A stretch of 64,000 nt of DNA from Obrimoposthia wandeli (Eukaryota). The DNA lies in the NCBI GenBank assembly GCA_977020255.1, contig CDROCS010001295.1:1-64000 (forward strand), written 5' to 3'. The notes beneath the pieces were generated by a model. That model had not been told where the DNA came from and ran no database searches. It saw only the letters and a program-made list of their open reading frames with translations. Numbering within the stretch: position 1 is the stretch's first letter; the number at the start of each line of letters is the position of its first letter. The position numbers and the translations under genes were made by a program. This document shows, one piece after another, positions 51,277 through 60,817 of this stretch.

Positions 51277-53304
51277 TTATGCGTGTTCTTTTAATAAGTT
51301 AGGGATATCTATAATCAAAGCAATTCGTCCGTCACCTGTAATAGTTGCTCCTGATAAACCCGCAGTTCCGTGTAATATAGTGCCTAGCGGCTTTATAACC
51401 ACTTCTTCTTGCCCTACTAATTGATCGACAACAAAGCCTGCTCGTAGCGTTCCTACTGTAACAATGACCACGTGCCCTTGCTCTGGCAAATTTGCATGAC
51501 CTTGACCATCAATCAACCAACGTTTCATATGAAACAATGGTAATGCTTGATCTCGAACAGTGATAACTTGTTGCCCATCAACGACGTTGGTAGTAGTTAA
51601 ATCTAAGTTAAATATTTCATTAACATTAACCAAAGGCAATGCAAACGCTTGATCTTCCAGGATAACCATTAACGTTGGCATAATAGCCAAAGTCAAAGGT
51701 ACTTGAATAGCTATTCTAGTTCCCTGACCTAATACAGAATCTATCGCTAGCGTTCCGTTCAATTGCGTTATCTTGGTTTTAACTACATCCATTCCTACGC
51801 CGCGCCCTGATACATCAGAAACGACTTCTTTTGTAGAAAAACCAGCAGAGAATATAAGATTAAAACATTCTTGATCCGTCAAGCGATTAGCGGATTCTTG
51901 GTCTAGCATCCCCCTACTTACCGCTAAACTGCGAAGCTTTTCAGGATCCATTCCAGCGCCGTCATCCTGAATAATTAACAGAATATGATCGCCTTCTTGT
52001 TCAGCTGATAACAACACATGCCCTTCTCTGGCTTTACCTGCCTTCTCTCTCACGTCAGGAAGCTCAATACCATGATCTACAGAGTTTCTCACTAAGTGAA
52101 TCAATGGGTCTGCTAATGCTTCAACTAAATTTTTATCTAGATCTGTTTCTTCGCCTCTGAGCTCTAAACGAATTTCCTTCTTCAAAGTGCGTGATAAATC
52201 ACGGATAAGGCGCGGGAAACGCCCAAACACTTTTTTAACGGGCTGCATACGCGTTTTCATAACGGACATTTGTAAATCCGCAGTGACCATATCTAAAGTT
52301 CCTAAAGCTTTAGACATTTCTTCATCTTCGCCGCTGCCTCCTAAGCGTATTAAGCGATTACGAACCAGTACTAGCTCTCCAACCATATTCATGATTTTAT
52401 CTAACAGCCTGGTATCAACTCGTACGTTACTTTCTGGCGCAGGGGCTTTATTTGCCGGCGTCTTTGCAGCGCTCTTGTTAGCTTCAGCTGTCGCCTTCTC
52501 TACTGTCTTTTTAACTTCTTCAGCGGGCTCTGGTTTTACAACTGGAGCTGCAACGGGCTCTATATCTGGTGCACTAACTACCACTTGCTCTGGTGCTTTA
52601 AATGCACCTTTGCCTGTTGCTTGAAGGTCATCTAGTAAATTCTCAAATTCATCTTCTAAACTCGGTGGAGCGGCAGATTCTACCTTACCTGGCGCCCCTG
52701 TAGCTCCATGGAGCTCGTTCATTAACGAATCGAATTCATCTTCGGTGATCAGATCATTACCTTTTTTTGTTTCAGTTTTCACGGCATTTGAATCTTGTAG
52801 TAATAAGTCAAAATCATCCGCTGCAACCATAGGAGACTCAGGTAACGGTTCGGGTTTAACAGGAGCTTTAGCTACTTGACTAGGAGCCGAAGCTGCTGGT
52901 GCTGTAGTAGGTATATTGCCATTGACATAATCATCTAATTGCTTGATGAGTTCAGGAGAAGCTGCCTCGGGGGGAGTTCCACCTCGCACATTTTCGAACA
53001 TTCGATTTACAGCGTCTAATGATTGAAGAACAACATCCATCAATGGAGCCGATACTTTTAATTCTCCAGTGCGCAGTAAATCGAATAAGTTTTCTGCATG
53101 ATGACAACAGTCTACCATCTCATCCAATTGCAAAAACCCTGCTCCACCTTTTACAGTGTGAAAGCCTCTAAAAATTGCATTTAGCAATCCTTCATCTTCG
53201 GGATTTTGTTCCAATTCAACCAATTGCTCTGATAAAAGCTCCAGTATTTCTCCGGCCTCTACCAAGAAGTCTTCCAGAATTTCCTGATCTACATCCAAAC
53301 TCAT
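51277..53304 (-). CDS. cheA: Chemotaxis histidine kinase
   Basis: Hpt IFRGFHTVKGGAG, VRVDTRLLD, HLVRNSVDHGIE, GRGVGMDVV, CheW-like P5 domain. Confidence 0.99.
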   Translation of the reverse strand: MSLDVDQEILEDFLVEAGEILELLSEQLVELEQNPEDEGLLNAIFRGFHTVKGGAGFLQLDEMVDCCHHAENLFDLLRTGELKVSAPLMDVVLQSLDAVNRMFENVRGGTPPEAASPELIKQLDDYVNGNIPTTAPAASAPSQVAKAPVKPEPLPESPMVAADDFDLLLQDSNAVKTETKKGNDLITEDEFDSLMNELHGATGAPGKVESAAPPSLEDEFENLLDDLQATGKGAFKAPEQVVVSAPDIEPVAAPVVKPEPAEEVKKTVEKATAEANKSAAKTPANKAPAPESNVRVDTRLLDKIMNMVGELVLVRNRLIRLGGSGEDEEMSKALGTLDMVTADLQMSVMKTRMQPVKKVFGRFPRLIRDLSRTLKKEIRLELRGEETDLDKNLVEALADPLIHLVRNSVDHGIELPDVREKAGKAREGHVLLSAEQEGDHILLIIQDDGAGMDPEKLRSLAVSRGMLDQESANRLTDQECFNLIFSAGFSTKEVVSDVSGRGVGMDVVKTKITQLNGTLAIDSVLGQGTRIAIQVPLTLAIMPTLMVILEDQAFALPLVNVNEIFNLDLTTTNVVDGQQVITVRDQALPLFHMKRWLIDGQGHANLPEQGHVVIVTVGTLRAGFVVDQLVGQEEVVIKPLGTILHGTAGLSGATITGDGRIALIIDIPNLLKEHA

Positions 53305-53319
53305 ACAATTACCCCTACA

Positions 53320-54162
53320 TTAAAAGCCTAAACTAGAAAGCAACTCATCTACATCGTCTTGCCCTGAAACAACATTGGGATTGTCTTGAGCATTTATTTG
53401 TGGCCCTTCTGCTTTCGGTGCTTTTTTCGCCTTCTCAGCTGTAATACTTTCTTCACTCTTTTGTGTTGCTAAAGGCACAGTCGTTTCGGGATTAACACCC
53501 CCTAATTCTGCGAGACTTAAGCTTTCAACTTTTGCCGCCATATCAATTAGCTGCACCAGGCCACTTTGCACCTCAGTTAACAAAGTAATTACCCGCTTTA
53601 TTAACTGACCTGAGATATCTTGGCTACTTTGCGCTAACAATATCGCCGTCAACTGATGCTTTAAATCTTTGATAGTATCTTCAGATTCTTGCTTAACTTG
53701 GCAAGTACGGTCATAAACACCGTTAAGTGCGTCAAATTCACCTTCAAGCTGCCCCACAAGAGATAATAAATCCTTAAAGCGAACACTCTGGCCATCCAGT
53801 TTATCAATTAAAACTAGAGAAGCATCAACTCTATCCATTGTCTCATGTGACGTTTTCTCAGTAATTTCAATAACATAATTCAATCGATCAGAAGCGTCAT
53901 TCATCCCTGATAAAGTTGAGCTATCAAGCCCTGTATCTTTTTCCATGTCATCTGAAAACGAATTAATTGCTTCATGCAACCCTCGTGTTAAATGACCTAT
54001 TTCGTTGTAAAACGCCTGATGCTTAGCTTGCTGCAGCTCATTAATAACATTAAGAGCAGAACCTATATCACCTTTAGCCAGTTCGACTAATAACTTATCT
54101 GCCTTTGCTTTAAGCAGGCCTTCCAGTCCATCAACTACTGGATGAGTAATAATTTCTGACAT
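53320..54162 (-). CDS. cheZ: CheY-P phosphatase
   Basis: IGHLTRGLHEAI, AQSSQDISGQLI, C-terminal QDDVDELLSSLGF. Confidence 0.96.
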   Translation of the reverse strand: MSEIITHPVVDGLEGLLKAKADKLLVELAKGDIGSALNVINELQQAKHQAFYNEIGHLTRGLHEAINSFSDDMEKDTGLDSSTLSGMNDASDRLNYVIEITEKTSHETMDRVDASLVLIDKLDGQSVRFKDLLSLVGQLEGEFDALNGVYDRTCQVKQESEDTIKDLKHQLTAILLAQSSQDISGQLIKRVITLLTEVQSGLVQLIDMAAKVESLSLAELGGVNPETTVPLATQKSEESITAEKAKKAPKAEGPQINAQDNPNVVSGQDDVDELLSSLGF

Positions 54163-54187
54163 ACGACACTGAACTCCATTAAATTGA

Positions 54188-54574
54188 CTAGCCTTCTAGT
54201 CTATCGAAGATTTTCTCTATTTTCTCTTTCAGGACTGTCGCAGTAAATGGCTTTACAACATAACCATTAACACCAGCTTGCGCTGCGGCAATGATTTGCT
54301 CTCTTTTTGCTTCTGCTGTCACCATTAAAATTGGTATATGCGCTAACTTCGGATCTTTACGCACTTCACCAATCAATTCAATTCCGGTCATACCTGGCAT
54401 ATTCCAATCGGTGACCAAAAACTCGATACCGCCTTGCTTCAAAATAGGCAGCGCTGTTTTGCCATCATCAGCTTCCGTTATATTTTGGAAACCGAGATCG
54501 CGAAGTAAATTTTTTATGATTCTTCTCATTGTAGAAAAATCATCTACAACAAGTATTTTGATGTCTTTTTTCAA
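54188..54574 (-). CDS. cheY: Chemotaxis response regulator (probable TTG start)
   Basis: [37 protein letters not shown]. Confidence 0.99.
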   Translation of the reverse strand: MKKDIKILVVDDFSTMRRIIKNLLRDLGFQNITEADDGKTALPILKQGGIEFLVTDWNMPGMTGIELIGEVRKDPKLAHIPILMVTAEAKREQIIAAAQAGVNGYVVKPFTATVLKEKIEKIFDRLEG

Positions 54575-54709
54575 GACAAGTCCTCCCACTTAAAATATAT
54601 AGTAGTGCCTAACTAACGTTAGACCATAAATGCTAAAAAGGACTAACTAAATCGAAAAAAAGTAGCAGTTTTTTTTCGTCCTTCATTTAAACAGTAATCT
54701 TCAATCTAT

Positions 54710-55423
54710 CTAATCTTGCCACTGCCTCAATCGGCTTCTTAGACGATGAGCAGCCTGACTGTGAATTTGACTGACCCTAGATTCGCTAACCTCTAAAATT
54801 TGTCCTATTTCTTTAAGGTTAAGCTCTTCATCATAATAAAGTGCTAAAACCAGTCTTTCCCGTTCTGGTAGTGTTTTAATCGCCTGTGCTAATGAATCAA
54901 TAAAAGCACTTTTTTCTGTATTATTCAAGGGCCCTGGATCATCGCCCACCAATTGTTCTCTCGGAGCTAAGTCATCAGAGAAAGTAAGTTCATCCACACT
55001 AAATAATTTACTTTCAACATTGTCTTTCAGTAACTTATGATATTCATCAATTTCTACACCCATTTCTATCGCTATTTCAGCACTATCAGCATCACTTCCT
55101 TTACGCGCTTCAATATTATGAATGGCTTCAGAGATTCTTCGCCCGTTTCGATGTACTGACCTAGGTGTCCAATCACCTCTTCGCACTTCATCAATTATAG
55201 AGCCGCGAATGCGAATGCCTGCATAAGTTTCAAAACTGGCTCCTTTTGACGAGTCATATTTTTTTGCAGCTTCCAGCAACCCTATCATTCCCGATTGAAT
55301 AAGATCATCAACTAAAATACTAGAAGGCAAGCGCGCAAGTAAATGATGAGCTATTCGCTTGACTAATGGTGCATACTTTTCAATTAAGTCATTTCCTGAC
55401 TTAGTATCCATAGGATTATACAT
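54710..55423 (-). CDS. fliA: Flagellar sigma factor sigma28
   Basis: DDLIQSGMIGLLEA, FETYAGIRIRG, VSESRVSQIHSQA. Confidence 0.99.
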   Translation of the reverse strand: MYNPMDTKSGNDLIEKYAPLVKRIAHHLLARLPSSILVDDLIQSGMIGLLEAAKKYDSSKGASFETYAGIRIRGSIIDEVRRGDWTPRSVHRNGRRISEAIHNIEARKGSDADSAEIAIEMGVEIDEYHKLLKDNVESKLFSVDELTFSDDLAPREQLVGDDPGPLNNTEKSAFIDSLAQAIKTLPERERLVLALYYDEELNLKEIGQILEVSESRVSQIHSQAAHRLRSRLRQWQD

Positions 55424-55457
55424 GCAGGCCCTTATTAATAAAATCCACCCTACTTGG

Positions 55458-56276
55458 CTATGTGCTTTGAACTAATCGCTTCACAAAAAACTCTAAGTGC
55501 CCACTTGGTGTGGAGTTTACTGGCCAAGCATCAACTTTAATGGCTACCTGGCGATATGCTTGTGTCGCTTTACACTTAGAAAAACCTTTAACGACAGGTA
55601 CTTGGTTTTTAACCGCCTGCCTAACAGCTTCATCATAAGGTATTGAACCAAGGTATTGAAGCGTTACATCAAGAAATCTATCAGTTACAGTGAGTAATTT
55701 ACTATAAACACTACGCCCCTCTTTCTCATTACCTACCATATTGGCCAAAACACGAAAGCGCGTCATTTTGTAATCGCGGTTTAAAAGCTTAATTAAACCG
55801 TACGCATCCGTTATTGAAGTTGGCTCATCGCAGACGACGACAACTATCTCTTGGGATGCGCGAAGAAAACTCACCACCGACTGAGATATACCGGCAGCAG
55901 TATCCACAATAAGCACATCAATATCGTCTGCAATATCATTGAATGCATATATAAGCTCAGCGTGCTCGTGAATATTTAGCGACGTCATTTCCATAGTACC
56001 CGATGTCGCCGGCACTATGCGCACGTTGGGAGCTGCCTCCAGCATGACTTCTTCAAGCCCACATTCACCTGATAACACATCTGCAATATTGCGCTTAGGC
56101 TTCAAGCCCAACATAATATCAACATTGGCTAAACCAATGTCTGCATCCATCAATACCACTTTGCGCCCAAGCTGGCCCAAACACAACGCGAGATTTACAG
56201 AAACATTGGTTTTACCAACACCTCCTTTACCACTTGTCACTGCAATAACTTTTACCGGACGTGCTTTCGTCTGCAT
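55458..56276 (-). CDS. flhG: Flagellar number regulator, MinD-like ATPase FlhG/FleN
   Basis: VTSGKGGVGKTN, DADIGLAN, DTAAGIS, EPTSITDAY. Confidence 0.97.
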   Translation of the reverse strand: MQTKARPVKVIAVTSGKGGVGKTNVSVNLALCLGQLGRKVVLMDADIGLANVDIMLGLKPKRNIADVLSGECGLEEVMLEAAPNVRIVPATSGTMEMTSLNIHEHAELIYAFNDIADDIDVLIVDTAAGISQSVVSFLRASQEIVVVVCDEPTSITDAYGLIKLLNRDYKMTRFRVLANMVGNEKEGRSVYSKLLTVTDRFLDVTLQYLGSIPYDEAVRQAVKNQVPVVKGFSKCKATQAYRQVAIKVDAWPVNSTPSGHLEFFVKRLVQST

Positions 56277-56386
56277 CAAAAAAACCAATCACATAATCAA
56301 ATATCTAACTTTTCAATAAATATCTAATATTAAAAAAATTGTAATACTTTCAGTTATACCCTAGAAAGCTGCCATAGTTATTTAAA

Positions 56387-57907
56387 TTAAATAGCGGCAT
56401 TACGACGAATTTTCTCTCGTTCTCTACTTTTCTGCGCCGTAAGCACCGCGCGTGACACTAAATCATTCTTATGTGCCACTTGAATATCATCAGGTATCTT
56501 TTGCCCACTTGCCACGTAAGCTACCGGTAAATTTCGTTCGGCAACTAACGTCAAAGCCGCCCCCATATTACCTGATTCATCTATTTTAGTAAGCACGCAA
56601 CCATTTAATCCTAAAGGACTATAGCAGTCGTACGCATCATCTAATACTTGCTTTTGCGAAGAACAAGAAAGAACCAATAATTTTTTCAAATTTACGCTTA
56701 CATTTTCAAGCATAGAACTTTGTTGTTGGCTAGCGGCATCACTTGCACCTAAACCAGCAGTATCAATCAATACTAATTTTTTATTTTTAAGCGCATTTAG
56801 AATTTCCGGCAACGAATTTTTTTCGTCTACAGCACGTACTGGAATATCTAATATCCGGCCAAACGTTTTAAGCTGCTCATGCGCCGCTATCCGATACGAA
56901 TCAGTCGTCACTAAAGCCACACCAGCACTTCCGTGCTCAAGCACATACTTAGCGGCTAATTTCCCAATGGTTGTTGTTTTGCCAATACCAGTAGGGCCTA
57001 CAAATGCGATCATACCACCACGGCTAATAAAGTCATGATTAATCACCGGCACCATTTCAACCAATTGCGCCAATGATTTACGCCAAGCTCGGTTAAGATC
57101 TAAACCTGGATCTACTGAACGTCTAATTTTGTTCTCAAATACGCTTTCCAGACCAATTTGCTCGAACCTATGCGCCAACTTATCTATCACTAAGGCATTA
57201 GAAACAGAGCTTCCATCAGCTTTATATGCGCCAGGCAACTGCCCTGACAACATTTTTTTAAGCTGATCTATTTCCTGTTGCATATTATCTATTAAATCAT
57301 CGTCTATATTTACATCACGCTGCTGGTATTGCCCTGCTGATTTAGCGGGTTTGCTTTGATAAGCGGAGCGAGTACTCTCTTCATATATTGCTGAGCTTGC
57401 TTGCTCTCTATCATTTTCATGGTAAATAGCATGCCCTTCATCCAACCCTTTATTCTCTAGTGATTGACGCTGGCCTTCTTTTTTCTTTTTCAAAGAAGCA
57501 AGAATCGTCTCTAAATCGTCATCATAACTATCTTCTAACTGCTGGTTCCGGCTAGGCATACTGCCGGTTTCTTGAGTATTATCAACATACTCACTCACCG
57601 CCCTACCTCGAGCTTTTAACACTTTGTTTTGTGCTATTACTTTTTCTTCTTCTAGCAATTGTGAAGCTGGAGGTCTACGCGCAGACCTGGTTAATATATC
57701 AACCTGATCATCGCGTTTTTTACTCACAACACTTTTTTGCTTGAATTGAGATTGAGCTCGCTCAAAATCTTGCTCATGAGCCGCCACAACTTCTACTCCA
57801 CCTGCAATCCTATGATTGGATACAATAATTGCCTGTGGACCAATTTCATCACGCACACGCTTCATCGCTTGACGCATGTCTGGAGCAAATATACGTTTAA
57901 CTTTCAT
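56387..57907 (-). CDS. flhF: SRP-family GTPase for polar flagellar placement
   Basis: MKVKRIFAPDMRQAM, GPTGIGKTTT, DSYRIAA, DTAG, TKIDE. Confidence 0.98.
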   Translation of the reverse strand: MKVKRIFAPDMRQAMKRVRDEIGPQAIIVSNHRIAGGVEVVAAHEQDFERAQSQFKQKSVVSKKRDDQVDILTRSARRPPASQLLEEEKVIAQNKVLKARGRAVSEYVDNTQETGSMPSRNQQLEDSYDDDLETILASLKKKKEGQRQSLENKGLDEGHAIYHENDREQASSAIYEESTRSAYQSKPAKSAGQYQQRDVNIDDDLIDNMQQEIDQLKKMLSGQLPGAYKADGSSVSNALVIDKLAHRFEQIGLESVFENKIRRSVDPGLDLNRAWRKSLAQLVEMVPVINHDFISRGGMIAFVGPTGIGKTTTIGKLAAKYVLEHGSAGVALVTTDSYRIAAHEQLKTFGRILDIPVRAVDEKNSLPEILNALKNKKLVLIDTAGLGASDAASQQQSSMLENVSVNLKKLLVLSCSSQKQVLDDAYDCYSPLGLNGCVLTKIDESGNMGAALTLVAERNLPVAYVASGQKIPDDIQVAHKNDLVSRAVLTAQKSREREKIRRNAAI

Positions 57908-57942
57908 AAACATTCCCTAGCTTATCATTGAGCAAGTTATAG

Positions 57943-60063
57943 TTAACCATCTTGCCCTCCTACTGATGCTACTATTGTAACTTTTTTATTTTCAGGTATT
58001 TCTTGGTACGACAGCACGTGAATCAATTGCTCACCATACCTTACAAATTTCGCCATTAAAGGCCTTACGGGCGCCGCGACTAACAATATCGCAGGTTTAC
58101 CTAACATTTCTTGCTTATGCGCTGCTTCTAACAAAGAGCTTTGCAGTTTCTCAGCCATATTAGGCTCAAGCACCATTCCCTCATCTGAACCAGCACCTTG
58201 CTGAACCGAACCCAACAACAACTGCTCTAGGCGTGGATCTAAAGTTATGACTGGAATCTCTGCCTCTGCACCGTTAATAGTTTGCACTATTAAACGCGAC
58301 AACGAGACCCTAACCGCAGCAGTTAGCGCAATAGTATCTTGAGTTTTCGATACTGCATCTGTTAGCGCCTCTGCAACAGAGCGGAAATCTTTTAATGGTA
58401 CTTGCTCTTTCAATAAATTTTGCAATACTTTCAACAAACTACTAATGGAAATTTTCGCCGGCACCAGCTCTTCTACCAATTTCGGAGAAGTTTTTGTCAA
58501 CATATCTAATAACTGCTGAACTTCTTCATGGCCCAACAAATCATGAGACTGACGCTGCAATATTTGATTTAAGTGAGTCGCTACCACCGTGCTCGAATCA
58601 ACTACCGTATACCCAAGCGTTTGCGCATGCTCTCGCTGACTGGTCTCAACCCAAGTAGCATCCAAACCAAAAGCAGGGTCTTTCACACTGACTCCTTTGA
58701 GCTCGCCAAACACTTGTCCTGGGTTGATTGCTAAATCTCGATCGGGATACACTTCGGACTCACCCACCACCACTCCCATTAAAGTAACGCGATAAGCACC
58801 AGGCATTAAATCTAAATTATCGCGTATATGCACAGAAGGTACTAAAAACCCCAAATCTTGAGAGAGTTTTTTACGCACCCCCTTAATACGGTTAAGTAAC
58901 TGACCACCTTGTAATTTATCAACCATTGGAATCAAGCGATACCCCACTTCTAATCCCACCATATCCACTGGCATTACATCATCCCAGTTTAGCTCGCGCT
59001 GCTCATCCTCACTGACAGCTTCCGACGCAATCAATTCAGTCTCATCTTGCACAGTAGCAACTCTATCTAATTCAGCTTGCTTTTTAAACATCCACCAGGC
59101 ACCACCACCAGAAAGCGCCGCCAAAGACAAGAAAGAGAAATGCGGCATGCCCGGCACTGAACCCATAATACCTAATATAATAGCGGATACTGTCAGTGCA
59201 CGAGGGGAGGCAAACATCTGCTTAACAATCTGCCCACCCATATCTTCGGCAGTATTTTGACGCGTCACCATAATAGCCGCGGCAGTAGACAATAATAGCG
59301 AAGGTATTTGAGCAACCAAACCATCGCCAATGGTTAGTAGAGAATAAAATTCAACAGCGGTAGAAAAGTCTAAACCATGCTGCATCATTCCAATTAATAA
59401 GCCACCCAGCAAGTTAATGACCAGTACTAAAATACCGGCAATGGCATCACCACGCACAAATTTTGACGCACCATCCATCGAACCGTAAAAATCAGCTTCG
59501 TTAGTTACATCTGCACGGCGCTGCTTCGCATCATCAGCAGTTATCAATCCAGCATTTAAATCCGCATCAATCGCCATTTGTTTACCCGGCATTGCGTCCA
59601 AGGTAAAGCGTGCACTTACCTCTGCAATACGCCCAGCACCTTTAGTCACCACCACAAAGTTGATAATAACCAGAATTATAAAAACGATAATACCGACTAC
59701 ATAGTTACCGCCGATAACGACCGAGCCAAAAGCCTCAATAACTTTACCGGCAGCATCACCGCCTTCGTGGCCATATAACAACACAACACGAGTGGAGGCG
59801 ACGTTTAATGCCAAACGCATTAAAGTAGCTAGTAAAAGAATAGTTGGAAATGCCGCAAAATCTAAAGGGCGCAGCGCATATACACCTACTAATAACACCA
59901 CAATAGAAAGCGCAATATTAAAGGTAAAAAACACATCCAACAAGAACGCAGGCATAGGCAAAATCACCATTGCCAATATAATAAGCAACACTAAAGGCAC
60001 ACCTAAATTGCCATCAGTAAAACTTCTTACACTGGTTATTACTGCCGCTCTATCCAAAACCAC
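57943..60063 (-). CDS. flhA: Flagellar export protein FlhA (GTG start)
   Basis: RFTLDAMPGKQMAIDADL, FYGSMDGASKFVRGD, HIRDNL. Confidence 0.99.
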   Translation of the reverse strand: MVLDRAAVITSVRSFTDGNLGVPLVLLIILAMVILPMPAFLLDVFFTFNIALSIVVLLVGVYALRPLDFAAFPTILLLATLMRLALNVASTRVVLLYGHEGGDAAGKVIEAFGSVVIGGNYVVGIIVFIILVIINFVVVTKGAGRIAEVSARFTLDAMPGKQMAIDADLNAGLITADDAKQRRADVTNEADFYGSMDGASKFVRGDAIAGILVLVINLLGGLLIGMMQHGLDFSTAVEFYSLLTIGDGLVAQIPSLLLSTAAAIMVTRQNTAEDMGGQIVKQMFASPRALTVSAIILGIMGSVPGMPHFSFLSLAALSGGGAWWMFKKQAELDRVATVQDETELIASEAVSEDEQRELNWDDVMPVDMVGLEVGYRLIPMVDKLQGGQLLNRIKGVRKKLSQDLGFLVPSVHIRDNLDLMPGAYRVTLMGVVVGESEVYPDRDLAINPGQVFGELKGVSVKDPAFGLDATWVETSQREHAQTLGYTVVDSSTVVATHLNQILQRQSHDLLGHEEVQQLLDMLTKTSPKLVEELVPAKISISSLLKVLQNLLKEQVPLKDFRSVAEALTDAVSKTQDTIALTAAVRVSLSRLIVQTINGAEAEIPVITLDPRLEQLLLGSVQQGAGSDEGMVLEPNMAEKLQSSLLEAAHKQEMLGKPAILLVAAPVRPLMAKFVRYGEQLIHVLSYQEIPENKKVTIVASVGGQDG

Positions 60064-60074
60064 ACACCTAATAC

Positions 60075-60128
60075 GTCATTTTTTTGACATTTAACTTACG
60101 CGCAATCTAACTACGTCAAATAACTGAC
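60075..60128 (-). promoter_or_regulatory. Two FleQ-type boxes in the flhA leader
   Basis: Plus-strand GTCATTTTTTTGAC (60075-88) and GTCAAATAACTGAC (60115-28), 40 bp apart, downstream of the sigma54 site. Confidence 0.7.
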
Positions 60129-60172
60129 TCTATTTATCACCATTGCGCCAACAAACTAGCATAATTATATAT

Positions 60173-60188
60173 AGCAATAATCAAGCCA
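60173..60188 (-). promoter_or_regulatory. Sigma54 promoter of the flhA operon
   Basis: Minus strand TGGCTT-GATTA-TTGCT (GG-N10-GC spacing). Confidence 0.75.
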
Positions 60189-60312
60189 ATACGAAAAATA
60201 ACGTTACTCTCTACCCCTAAGATCGTCTAATATTTGCAACATCACACCACCTCATATCCCTGTATTTTTTCCATCCTTCCTTCATCTTTCTTATTATTTA
60301 TAAATTCTTTAC

Positions 60313-60345
60313 AAAAAAAAGCCGGTAGACTAGGCTACCGGCTTT
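60313..60345 (-). terminator. Rho-independent terminator after fliS
   Basis: Minus strand AAAGCCGGTAG-CCTAGT-CTACCGGC followed by T8. Confidence 0.88.
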
Positions 60346-60372
60346 AAATTTTGATTAGCGACTGCTATTTGT

Positions 60373-60777
60373 TCATGTTTTATTCATTCGTATCTCTAAT
60401 GGCATACCACTCCAACCGATCTTTAACTGCAGTAATAGATCTATCACTTCTTGAACTTTTTGTGGATCTTGATCCAAATTCGCCTGCATAATGGCGCGAG
60501 TCATATACTCATATAATGCATCTAGGCTCTCAGCCATTTCACCCCCTGCTTCGAGGTTCAAAAAGTCACGCAAACCTAAAACAATACTATTGGCCTTGTT
60601 TAAATTTTTGGATCTGTTTTCAATATCTTTGCGCTCAATACAGCCCTTAGCGGTTGCCAAAGCCGTTAACGCTCCGTCATACAGCATAGCAATCAACTGA
60701 TGCGGTGATGCCGATGCAACTGCCGATCTAAGATCAACAGTTTTATATTGATTCATTGCAGTTAAATTAACACTCAT
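60373..60777 (-). CDS. fliS: Flagellin chaperone FliS
   Basis: ASPHQLIAMLYDGAL, LNLEAGGEMAESLDALYEYM, LKIGW. Confidence 0.97.
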   Translation of the reverse strand: MSVNLTAMNQYKTVDLRSAVASASPHQLIAMLYDGALTALATAKGCIERKDIENRSKNLNKANSIVLGLRDFLNLEAGGEMAESLDALYEYMTRAIMQANLDQDPQKVQEVIDLLLQLKIGWSGMPLEIRMNKT

Positions 60778-60817
60778 TAAATCCACCTATACATTAATTT
60801 CTATATCTTACTTTGAG

